Shown piece after piece: positions 52,031 to 64,000 of a DNA stretch of 64,000 bases. Location of the stretch: positions 73,904,001 to 73,968,000 of the forward strand of contig NC_043008.1 of NCBI RefSeq assembly GCF_006345805.1, written 5' to 3'. Every line of letters starts with the position of its first letter. Position 1 is the first letter of the stretch. This DNA is from Octopus sinensis (taxonomy: Eukaryota). The position numbers and the translations under genes were made by a program. The notes below the pieces were generated by a model that had not been told where the DNA came from, made no database searches, and saw only the letters and a list, made by a program, of their open reading frames with translations.

Positions 52031-52448
52031 GATGAAACTATAAGTGTTGAAGTTATATGTGATAACTTCCATATTCCAATACTTCATCAATAGTGCTTGA
52101 AGTACTGATGACTATGGTGCTGATAAGGTGCACAGCTGGAAATACAGGATGACTATGGTGTTGTTAAGAATGACAAATATATCATTATAACATTAGACAC
52201 AAACACATACACACACGAATGTACCGTCACTTTTTTCCTTTTCTTCTCTTTGACCTCCTCCATTCTCTTCCTTTCTCTCTTTTTCCTCTCCTCATCTAGT
52301 AAAAGACTTAATCTGCTCTGACCAGATATAAAGGTCGAAGTCCATCAAATTCTTCATATTTTGAAATGTTTTAAGATGAAATTCTATTTTTAAAAGCTAT
52401 GCCATTATCTGAAATGTATGTATTAAGTTATATATATATACATATATA

Positions 52449-52508
<60 letters not shown>

Positions 52509-52509
52509 A

Positions 52510-52600
52510 CAGTTCACCTGTGACGAACCGGTGTCCCGTACAGGTGGTGAACCTATACGCCAATGAAACGCGAAACCGGCATGGCTCGAGAAGGAACAAA
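52510..52600 (+). mobile_element. Short SINE-like hairpin fragment
   Basis: ttcacctgtgacgaaccggtgtcccgtacaggtggtgaac resembles the cctgcgatggactggcgtcccgtccagg motif of V-domain SINEs (recalled, not searched). Confidence 0.35.
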
Positions 52601-52791
52601 TGACAACAATCCAACTAAACTATTTATTAATATTTAAATATTTCTACCCATATATGGGACCTAACTGTTCAGGAATTATCACCATGTAGTATGCCTCAAT
52701 GAAATCTGGTGTCCAAGGAAAAAGAAAATATTTCGATCAACCAAATATATCATTTGCACCACGTTCCAGTACATATACTACGTCATATGTA

Positions 52792-52910
52792 TTGTACAAC
52801 AAGTAGAAAGATATAGTTTTCAACGCGTAAATATAGAATTATATCCAATATATATGCTGTTCTGTCAGTATTTACGCGTTGAAAACTATATCTTTCTACA
52901 TGTTCTACAA
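52792..52910. repeat. Inverted repeat with a perfect 31-bp core and 35-nt spacer
   Basis: gtagaaagatatagttttcaacgcgtaaata (52803-33) is the exact reverse complement of 52869-99. A diverged direct copy of the spacer and right arm lies at ~53125-53200. Confidence 0.9.
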
Positions 52911-53444
52911 GACATTTCAACACTTAAAAAAAAATCTTATGTTTGTTTATTTATGACGTAATCTATATGACATCTAGCGTTTCTGGATGGATTTATAACT
53001 TCTAAATTTGTAGAAGAATTTATCAGTCGGCAGTTTAGCTGAAAGGTAGAGTACTCTGACCGGATATTAGAGGGGTGTGAGTGTTATCCACATAGCTGGT
53101 TGTCGACAAACTTTTCTGCTCTAAAATATGGATTTTATCCTATCTATACTGCTCTGTCAGTATTTAGGCGTTGAAAAATATATCTATCTACTTGTTCTCC
53201 AGTATATATATTTTTCCTTGTTTTAGCATTCAACAAGAATCGACCAATCACAGGCTTCATGAACGTCCGTATGGATGGTAAATAACTCGCTGGTGAATGC
53301 AGCGGGTGCAATGTAGGACGTATAATGTCTTGCTGTGATGAGCAATTTTTTTCATAAGTAAATCTGTTAGACTAATTAAACTAAGAGTGTAGAGTTTCCA
53401 ATTTCATCCACGTAACACTATCGTAACTATATTAAAGAAAGCCG

Positions 53445-53670
53445 GGAGGTGGTGCTGAAAAGTTCTTGGCTTTAAGGGTATCATGAAAAGCCTGGCTGGA
53501 GGTCCAAACTTCCGAGTTCTTTTACAAGACTTAGAAAACTGAAGGACAGCTACAATGAGTGTGTGAATCAGGGAAGGGGAATATGTTGAATAAAATCATA
53601 AATAACTGATCCTCTTTTATTTCCTTTTACCCAGAACCAAGAACGTTTTAGCCGCTCGCCCCACCTCGTA
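53445..53670 (+). mobile_element. ~220-bp mariner-derived MITE, copy 2
   Basis: gaggtggtgctgaaaagttcttggcttt ... ccacctcgta; the interior resembles a mariner C-terminus ending GEYVE*. Confidence 0.75.
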
Positions 53671-54551
53671 CATGATCCGCTGTAAGCATTAGTGTAAGAG
53701 CCTCCTTCAATGTTTCTATTAAGAAACAGGAACAGGCGCAGCTATGTAGGCTGTGCAATATTCAGTGTACCGTCCACCATTCACTGACGGGTGTGAAGTA
53801 CTACTAAATCTTGATCATGACTTAGTAAAAGTAAAAGTCTTACTACTGGACATATTCATCAGAATAACTATTAATCCTTGTTTAAATAATCCGGTTATTA
53901 CAACTGTTTCGGATGTATACTATGTCATTATCAGCCCCTTAACACACCCACAATGATTTCATTATTCCGTAGAGGCAGTCTTATCAATGCTGTAGCCTAC
54001 ATTATATTCCATGTAAATTGAGAGCTATATAAGATATTATCTCTCTTACATGAAGGCATGGCTTATAAATGTGCTTTATGCATGTAATTTCATTACATAT
54101 TGAAGTTGTCAAACCTCTAATAATAACATCTTTCATGAATAATTTATAAACTATATTTCAAAAACCAAAGTTTATTTCAAGGGTTAATGGTTTGCTTCAA
54201 ATAAGAATATCTTATATAATTTAGTATTTGAACTGGCAAATCATTTCAAAGAAACGTTATAGCTATCGTTATTTTCTATTTTGTATTTTTCTTCTCATAG
54301 AGAAAATAATAATTTAATGTCATGGACATATTTTTTTTATTAGTCACCGACCAATCTTTATTTTAAACATTTTAGTAAATTGGATTGTAAAAGTATGACC
54401 AGAGCACCAACACTATCTCAAGTGACAACTGTCTTTACAAAGCCATAATTTATTGCGTTATGTTTGCCTAAACACTCTCGTTTTCTCCGTCTTTCTCTCT
54501 ATTTTCACATGTGCGTGTATATATATATGTATATATATATATATATATGTG

Positions 54552-54582
<31 letters not shown>

Positions 54583-56842
54583 CATATACATACATATATA
54601 TATATATATATATATGTTCATCTATGTTACTATCTAGCCCCTTCCTCCTTTTCATTTGTATTTGATTCATATTCTATCATTTTAATATTGTTTTCGTTTG
54701 TTATAAAGCAATATTTTTATTGGCCTACAGGGAAATTAAATATTAACACGACGAATTTGTATTTAAGAATTATTTATCTTATTATTATTGTTTATAAATT
54801 CTATTGTTATTGTTTATTTATTATTTGTTGATTTGTTTCCCCAATCTTCCAATATTTTACTCGAGTTTTTGACAAAAGTATTTGAGAGGAAACTTCAGAT
54901 TAATTAAATATTCTCTATAATTACTTTCCACTAAAATTTGGTTTGAAGATGTTTTCAAACAAGGTTTTTACTGCACTATATATTATCGTTTGTTTATTTT
55001 AGCTGACGTTTATCGGTTCGCAAGAAACTTCTTTCAAACGCAAGTTTGGGAATTAAACACCATGCTATGTTTTCGGCTTAACTATACTAGTTGATTGGTA
55101 TCTTCAAATATAGACATATGTTTAATATGGCTTTCTTATAATACAGTCACGTATTCATAATGACTAAATTAGTTTGGTCATGTGACAGCGAAAAGATGGC
55201 GTCAGAGATCATGGTACTAAATATTATATCAACAAATTAGGTAAAGTAATCTGAAGATTATTGTACGATGCCTAATATTTCAGACATAGTAATAAACTAA
55301 TATTCTGCGGGGTGGGGGCTTATTTCTAGTTCCCCCACTGTCAGAGGAGGAAAGACAAAACTGGGGACACCATTAATCTGTTAATGTTTGATTATTTTTT
55401 AGAAGAAATAATGAACTTTACTAAGCAAGCAACAAATTTCACATCAATTCCATAATTCTGAAGCCGTCCTATAACCTCTTTAAGCAGCGTTCTGCCGACG
55501 CCAGTATTAGGATCGGTGACTTCTCATTTCTCAATCCTAATATTGATGTGGCCATTGACCCTTTTCACCATAAAGACTATAATTTGTGCTTCACTCCCAT
55601 CGCAAAAAACACAAAAACGTGATTTTATTAAGGCCGATATTTTGTATTCCACTTACTGAGAATTGTTAGTATTTCATTTGAGAATGTTTTGGCTGTTATT
55701 TGTAACAGGTTGGATGGTTACATATTGGTCCTATGGCATTCACAAAAACTTATGCAACCCTCAAACCGACCCTATTGCCAGCTATCCTACGAGCAAAAGA
55801 TATTCGAACATGTCATGTTTATCTTGGAATATATTTTTTAGTTTGTAGTACCCCTTTTAAGAGCGTATGGCATAATTTGAAGGAGATTTGGCAACTATGT
55901 CAAACAGCTGAACGACCACATAGAGTTTCACTCATGCAGTAGTTGTTAAGTGCATGAAATTCTGCGACGGCGATTCGTAACTTCATTCCAGACTTCGACG
56001 CACAGCACTAGAAAACGTTATTCATTGTTTAAGCGAATAAGTACTTCATAAATCTTCGTAGTGGAATCAGTGCAAATGATAACGTTAGACGAGATAAGGT
56101 ACATTAGAAGGCAGCTGATGATCTTCATCAAAGAAACAGTTGTTTCATCTGTTTCTACAAAGGAATATTGAACACACATCAACCCTGTATTAATGAAATG
56201 ATGAGACACGTACCAGTTAAACCTAGCATGAAATACGAACAGTGTTGTAAATGTATATTATATTCATATTCACTTGCTACAAACACGTTTATTCTTTCAT
56301 ACAATGATTCTTACAAACAAAATTACTTTTATCTCACCTTTCTATAACATTCATTTGTCAGTATACTATTTCATATCCACGTATTACACTAGACTTTATA
56401 GATTCGGATATGCTGGTCTGTACAAAAATTTGTTTGGACAACTGTTATTTTTATAATTGTTATTGTTGTTGTTCATGTTGCAGTAGTTATCGTGGTTGTA
56501 CTTGGTGATGTTGTTGTTATAGCGTCCATTGTGTTCACGCCAAATCTTAATCTGAAATATGACATATATATCCTGCATGAGTTGAAATAGTAATCAGCCT
56601 AACATTAGTAATTACACAATATATTGCACCTGATCACTGAATGTCAACTATGCTGGCGAAATTAGAAAGCAACTAATATACTTGATGTTCGCATTTCACT
56701 TCTACGCTGTCATTATTAACACAGGAAGAACTGCACGTACACACATATACATGCCTTCCTACATGCATGTACACAAATACGTATATGCGTGTATCTATCT
56801 ATCTCTATCCTTCTCTTCTCTCGCTCTCTCTCTCTCTCTGTG

Positions 56843-56913
<71 letters not shown>

Positions 56914-56916
56914 TTG

Positions 56917-56968
<52 letters not shown>

Positions 56969-57774
56969 ATATACATACATACATACACGAAGACAGGGAA
57001 AGAGCGTTTGACATACACACACATTCAGATGGAGAGAAAGACAGACAGACAGAGACGGAGAGACAATGATAAACAGCTTTTATACATTATTTCTGTTGCA
57101 ATAGGTTCAATAGAAGTCAATTTATTTTACATATAGTACTCAAAATATGGTATGAGCTACATATATGTATATTTAATAATTAGGACAACGCCCGTTTCGT
57201 TCTGAGTTCATTATCAAGTGCAATATTTTCAGCCATATTTTGTATATATCGAAAACCATCAGAGTTTAAAAGTCAAATTTTAAGTGGAAAATTTTAGGTA
57301 ATATTCTAGCAATCTTCAACAATTATGAAGTGGATGAATTTGAAAATCAATCTTTTGTGCTGTTATGGTTAAATTAGTTTTTTCTGGTCTGGATAAACAT
57401 AACAAGGGAGCTAACTCCTTTCTGTGTATTTACTGCTTCAAATGACCTTAGTTGTTCTCTATATCAATACTATTGTTCGTCTGTCTGTGTGTGTGTGTGT
57501 GTGTTTAAAAATAAAAAATTGAAAATTGGGGTTTGCGATCTAAATTTATATTTTTTCTTTCCTGACTAAATGCCTGTAGAGTGACTAGATATATGGCACG
57601 AGTATCAACGGTTTGGTACTAACACAGATACGATTGGCACTTGATACCATACTCTTCACCAAAAGTACAGCTCATGCTGACAAAGATGGATGCTTATTGC
57701 TTTGCAATAAGCTTTAATATAAACCACGTGTAGACAATAAATATGTTGTCCGAAAATGTAGCCCAGCAGAGTTG

Positions 57775-58300
57775 ACAAACTATGAAATCGAGGAGGTAAA
57801 GAACTACGTCTTCAAAGAACAGACAATGGTTATGCGCCAAGACAGGGATGATGAAATCTCGAAGAGAATAAGAGCAGAATGTGCGGCGTTTAACTCAATA
57901 AATCATATGCTTAAAAAAATGGACAAGATCATATGTGCCACTCTTCAATAGCACCGTCATACTTGCGTTTTTATACCCTATTGAGATATGAGCGACAATG
58001 AAGAAGAGAGAATATCGATTAGCTACGACTGGAAGGGCCATGGAAAGTTATATGTTATGAATATCACTGGGAGTTCATATCCGAGATAATTACGGGACAG
58101 AGCGTAGTGGACGACGTGATGGCAGAAAACGAGTGTACAAGTTCCGCTGGGTCAGATATGTTAGACAGTTTACAAACAATATGTGAAACAAACCCGTTGC
58201 CGTGTAGCATCCAAGACATTGGAAAATACTACACGGAAGACCTCCATCACGATGGGAATATGATTTTCTTAAACGATTTCTGCCAAGACGGGAAAGAATG
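57775..58300 (+). mobile_element. Decayed RTE-clade LINE 3' fragment
   Basis: IEEVKNYV...DDEISKRIRAECAAFNSI...LFNSTVI...RAMESYML...KFRW...GRPPSRWE. Confidence 0.8.
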
Positions 58301-58541
58301 ACGCAATCAAGTTAAAATTGGAAGCGCATTGTATATATGTGATAGTCTGGTCAGTAGAGTCATACAGTGATATGCGTGTGTGTGCGTGTGTGTGTATGTA
58401 TGTATGTGTATATATAAAAATAAATTGCTTTTTTAGTGCTGTTTGAGTTCCGCTTCTGCAGCGGTAGATTCGAAAAATTAGATCCTATAGACACGTGGCG
58501 GGTTATTTATCGCTCCGTGCCTATGTGTTCAGTCCTGGCAA

Positions 58542-58627
58542 CCTACTGAAGAAGCAGCGCCAGATATAGACTGAAATTATTTTATTTCAGTCTGTATTTA
58601 AGTCAGCAGAAACCTTTCAGGTCTAGG
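58542..58627 (+). ncRNA. Type I hammerhead ribozyme with complete core, GUC site and true stem III
   Basis: Stem I CCTA(58542-45)/TAGG(58624-27); CTGAAGA 58546-52; stem II capped by a 16-bp hairpin agatatagactgaaat/atttcagtctgtattt; GAAA 58609-12; stem III ACCT-ttc-AGGT; C17 at 58623. Confidence 0.8.
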
Positions 58628-58745
58628 ATTAAGGTAAAAGTTTTTATTTTCCAATCACTTTCGGGATTACAACAATTGGTGGCTTGGAGGATTTAACTGC
58701 TCTTTCTAGCGAGTCAGATATCCTATTCTTCGGGTATCTCTTTTG

Positions 58746-58795
<50 letters not shown>

Positions 58796-58849
58796 TATAT
58801 GTATATGTATATATACATACACATATATACTTATATATAATATATATAT

Positions 58850-58880
<31 letters not shown>

Positions 58881-59277
58881 GTGTGTGTATGTATATATAC
58901 ATATACATTCATACACAAACACTAATACATATACCAAAACAGGATATTGGGAAAACTGCTGGTATTACCTCTTCATCATTACACCTGTTTCATTTGCCTA
59001 TTGGAGTTATAAAATTGTTCTTTTAGGTAAAAGATTTAAGATATCCCCATCTGAATATTCTTCAAACACAGAATAAAATAATGCTTGTATTCTTCGGCTC
59101 TTCGAAGTATTTCTAGAACAAGATATTTTACATGTTTTTTATGTAAAATTTTGTGACTCATATCAACAAATAAAACACTTATAACGAAGTATAATGATTA
59201 CCAATTTTTTCAATATATACAAATTTGGAGTTCTGGAATAAGTAGATGTGATTCAAGAGAACTCTTTTCATGCTATA

Positions 59278-59313
<36 letters not shown>

Positions 59314-59824
59314 TATATAAGTATATATATATATACTAAATTTTAAAACACCAAAATTATCACGAAAACTGTTACTCAGAGATTTACGTTCCCGTTCATC
59401 GGAGAGTTTTGTTTAGAATATATAAGTGTATACCCACACATACATGTATATATATATATATATATACATACATACATATTTAATAAACTCAATACATATC
59501 TTGTTATGCTACTAATAATCTTTTGGGGTTGAGAACATGCTCAGCAAAAATTTATTACATGTCTGAAATGTCGGACACACAGCAGGTTCATCCCACATGA
59601 AATAACAAAGTAAAAGTCGAGTAAGGAAAGAAACGAGAAAAGATTAGACTGAAGTATATATAAAAAGTAGAAGGTTCAAAGAATCGCAAATGGAAAAATT
59701 AATCAGAAATAAGTAAAAGGGAGAAATAGTTATGTGCTTTGGACCGTAAATTATAAGGCTGTTAATTATAAGGCAGTGACTTAGAGTTTATGATACAAAT
59801 TAATCAAGTATAGGAGGAACTTGC

Positions 59825-60060
59825 TGAGGACAAAAGCAACGCTACTAATTTAGATGGCCACGTATGGAGTTTGAAATCAAGCGTCACACAACATGCGATA
59901 AAGAGAAAATAATTGACCAATCTACACCTTATGTCGACGGATCCAAAACATGTAACCTATGCTTAGCTCAAATCTTTTTCAGATGTAATGTTTCTAACTC
60001 ACTGCTGAAATCTAGACCTGAAATTTTCAGCTGTTGTAAACATATGTCTAAGTTCCTATT
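59825..60060 (+). mobile_element. Penelope-like element C-terminal endonuclease-region fragment (different family from copies 1 and 2)
   Basis: KSNATNLDGHVWSLK...KIIDQSTPYVDGSKTCNLCLAQ...LLKSRPEIFSCCKHMSKFLL, with one frameshift. Confidence 0.7.
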
Positions 60061-63000
60061 GGAGATTTGGGAAGATCTATGAACATTGGAACGTTAAAAC
60101 GTGATGGTCCAGTTTTAACCCTGTAAGTTTAAATTCTCTTAAACCATTATTTATATACTTATACAATTCATAAGTAAAGAAAATTGTCGAAATTAGATTG
60201 GCATGTCAATAAATCATTTCCAAAATTTAAAAACTACTACACATTTTTAGAGTCAGATGCGTTTTCAAACTTCTATATTTTTCACGTGTGGTAATACACT
60301 TGTTCTTTCCATATATTTTTATATATACATAAATGCATTCTGTGTATCACACTCACTTCTAATTAACTGCAGTATTCCACCGGAAAGGATATATTTTATA
60401 GACTTTCTTTTTTGGAAAACATAGATACATCAGTAATAGGCGAAAACTGTCTGAGAGTGACCGTAAGAATCGTAGATGCCCATTTCTGCTTCGTTGGCCT
60501 TTGTATCTTGTACTCACATGCTACTTTGCAGCTTACGTAATGCAAGTACATCGCATATATAGATTTTTAACTACATCGAAGGATACGTAATGTAAATACG
60601 TCGTAGACATAGATTTCAACTACATCGCAGACATATTTTTTTCTGACGATAATATTGGTAGCGATTGATATTGTCTAAGCATGGTTGACTTTGGGGAAAT
60701 GCTTTTGACAAAGTCCAGCGAGGCAGAAATAATGCGTAGGTATTAATCTCACCACATCTTGTGGAGGATTTTGGTCTGATACTGATGTATTTCCTTTTTT
60801 AAAAACAGTAAGTCCATAATAGATATCTCTAGATGAATACCATTACTAATTTGCCCTTTTGAAATGTTTGGCATTAAGTATGTTGCACAGAGGGCTATTT
60901 TAATCTAATACTTCATCTCTTTCGTATAACGGATGTATATGTGTGTATGCGTGCGTGTTTGTGTATATACATGTGTGTATACACATACATATATACATAA
61001 AAACATACACACACACACTCACACACACTTCCACACACACAAGTCATAGCAAGTTACATATTTAATTATAATTTATATTTCTTACTTTTATATTTCCTTA
61101 AATGTCATATCCTGACTGCCATCCCAGCCATATATTTGATAATAAGCTATAAACAAAATCATATAGAAACATAAAATCGTACAAATTATTGAAGACTTTA
61201 TTTCATTCCGATTGCTCTTGTTTGATGCTATTATTGTCGGCTTTGTTGTTTTTGCGGTTGTCATCATCGTAGTTGTTGTTTCACGCCAAATCCGTTCTAA
61301 TCCAACTGGTATTTAACTAAGAGCGTTGTAGAAAACCCATCTAATGTAACTATATTTATCGCATTATAGTTTTGAGATAGCTATCTACAACTCTGTTAAT
61401 CGATGTATGATTTCTAAGACAATAAGATATATTTAGAGTATGTTTTAACTGCTTTTTCTAGCAGACTCATCAGACTCATCGCCTACAATGATATTCCATC
61501 GAGTTCCTTGTTTCAGAACTTAGTTGAAACAAAATCACTTCCTTTATAGTCTTATTGTATTTAAAGAAGTTATTAATGTCACAATTTCATACATCACCTC
61601 TGATCGTGTGCGTAAATAAGGAATAATAAATGATCATAGAGAATAATATTTTCGTAAACTATTCTATTACTTTGTGCTAAATTAGTTGTACTCAACTCAT
61701 CTCTATTATTAACTTATGAAGAAACGGAAAAAATCAATTAATAATTTGAATTGAAAAGCAGTTAGCATAATTAATGTAATTAATATTTTCAAAATATAAA
61801 CAATTATCAATTGTGTAACTTGACCAGAGAATTATGATGAGTAATTGTTTCACGATCTATTGATAATCAGCTATTGTGATTCATTGATTTGTATTAATAA
61901 ATATAATTGATCGGGAATGATTTTTGTTGCAGTCACTTTCGGAAAATGTAACCACTGTAGTTTACTTATTTAATGCAGACATCAGTGGTTTTTCCATCTA
62001 CCATTTCGAGTTTGTAAAAGATCATAGTATAGTTTGAACGTATATATTGAAATGTTTCAAAATGTGGTTTTTAGATGTGGTAAATTTAAATATCTATCAC
62101 TACACGTCAAGAAATATCATTGTATTTTGCCGTGTCCTATAGTTATGAACAACATGCAACCAGGGCATGCACATAACTTCAGATGCTAAACCGTACATAT
62201 ATACATAGGTACATATATACATGTGTGAACGCGCACACGCACACATACATATATAGATATACATAAACGTTGGCTATTAATATCATTGTGTCAAATTTTC
62301 ATACAGTAAAATGTTATCGAAGTCTGACGGTACGCATATTATATTTAACATTCAGTATAATGTATTACTATTTTAATGCAGTTTGTAATAGTCTACAATT
62401 GGCCAACAAGATGTAAGTTAATATGGTATACAAATTTGCAATAATATATGCAATATATTGCATATATTATTAGACATTGATATATACATGAATTTCAAGC
62501 AGGAAGACGCTAGGATGTCATCACATCAATTGCAGGAGTATCGTTTTTATTCTGAGCATATCACTTCAATCTACCTTATCTCATTTTCTCATCTTCTCAG
62601 AAGCAGTTGGTAAAATACATAATTTGAGAATGTTACCATTGGTAAACTGACATCCGCCTTGTTTTTGCATCACATGACTAAAACCAACCACCAACTTCTA
62701 AAAGTCGTTCGAAATATTTGACGTTATGATAATTATGACTACAAATAACTAGGTATCATTATATGCCATACAATACAAACTGTGTAATGACTATCAAAAT
62801 TAATCTGATCAGTTTCAGACGAAAATCTTACTTCCTTCGAATATACTAGTAAAGCAATAGTGATAAACCGAAGGAACTGATAAATAGTTACAGTTTAATA
62901 TGTTGTCACTGTTTTAAATCGATGTCAAAAAGTAATCTCAATTTGATTTTTATCGTAGCAAGAAATGGAAATGTTTATCTATTAATGATTGTTAAATATG

Positions 63001-63400
63001 TAATTAAGAAATATAAAGGTAAAACATTAATTAAAACAAAGGTTCTTAGATAAAACCGAAGCGAAAAATTGATCAGAGTGTTAATTAAGATGTGTTTTTA
63101 TTACATTCCGGAAACGCTTGTGATTAAACCATATTTCCTAGTCTGATAGAGCGTTAGCAATAGAATCCGTGTCTATTTGCTTAAATCTGTTGTTATAGAT
63201 TATATCTACTGGGAATGTAAAGTATAATTTGGTTGGCAGTACCAATAACTAAATTTGTTACTAATTGGTTTCGGCTTATGAGATGAAAGCGTTGACAGTT
63301 TGCATGAAAGAAAAAAGATAATTCAATATCCCTTTCAAAAATATATGTATTTTTGAATTATCAAAAAATTATATCTAGGTTATGGCACGGAAATATCATT

Positions 63401-63590
63401 TTACTCAAAGCAGCCGCCCTTAGCTTCCACTACGGCTTCAAGATGGCTTGGGAAAGTGATACATGCCTTAATCTCTACGTCTTTGGGAACATCTTCAAAT
63501 ACTTCCTTTAACTTGGTCACTAGCTCCGACTTGCCACTGCAGGCAGAGCGGTTGGTGTGTTTCTCAAATTTGCCCCACACATAGTAATAT
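63401..63590 (-). pseudogene. maT/DD37D transposase C-terminal fragment
   Basis: YYVWGKFEKHTNRSAC..KSELVTKLKEVFEDVPKD...KACITFPSHLEAVVEAKGGCFE*. Confidence 0.8.
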
Positions 63591-64000
63591 TCAGTAGCTT
63601 TATATTTACAATATTCTTTCGCAGTTTTACCTTGCGTCTGAATTGAGTTTAGGACTTAATTCAAACTGCTATGTTCAAAGATTTGGTAATGAATTACGGC
63701 GTGCGGGCGCTGTCAGACCGCTTGCTGTAGTCCTTCCTGCAACCCACGGCTCCGTAGTTCCGTTGCAGGTGTCCCTGTCACATCTTACAGCCTTTACAAT
63801 GTTCACAGACCATTGAGTAGTAGTCAGATGTCGGCATTCTGATACCTGCTGCAAAATTTGTTACTGGTAACTGTTTTCCATTATTTAGACGGCTTCTTGT
63901 CCGCTCTGTCAGCTAAATTGTTCTCAGCTATATCTTCAATCCTTGTTTTCCAACGTCGTCCAATCTTCCCATATACATCGAGCTGTTCCTGAAAAGAGGA

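Noticed and set aside
56114-56150. CTGATGA...GAAACagttGTT hammerhead-like string
   Set aside because: Stem II cannot form without using G12, and stem I does not pair.
61436-61480. Minus-strand CTGATGA-gtctgct-agaaaa-agcag hammerhead-like remnant
   Set aside because: It needs several changes, including G12 and the cleavage triplet; too degenerate to support.
63600-64000. GC-richer stretch at the window end
   Set aside because: It may be more maT sequence or another repeat, but the translation is too degraded and truncated to call.

Overview
AT-rich, microsatellite-dense eukaryotic DNA. The SINE families, maT/mariner remnants and (TA)n/(TATC)n/(CA)n load suggest an octopus-type (coleoid cephalopod) genome; this is inferred from repeat content, not from a database match. 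No host gene could be identified with confidence, so the window looks intergenic or deep-intronic. The only long intact ORF is a 1071-aa CR1/L2-group LINE endonuclease-reverse transcriptase (23784-26999). Decayed elements include two related Penelope-like elements (PLEs), a third PLE endonuclease fragment, piggyBac, Tc1, maT (DD37D), several mariners and mariner MITEs, RTE, Tx1-like and CR1 fragments, a Helitron 3' end and many SINEs. The main signals outside the ORF track are: (1) type I hammerhead ribozyme motifs from several unrelated families, two with complete catalytic cores (38723-38800, 58542-58627), one forming part of an inverted pair; (2) a PLE 3' architecture, seen in two copies, that carries a 0.5-1.3 kb degenerate CA array between the endonuclease and a hammerhead remnant; (3) repeated short inverted duplications, including a 386-bp microsatellite palindrome. 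All folds and translations were done by eye. Coordinates of decayed elements are approximate.
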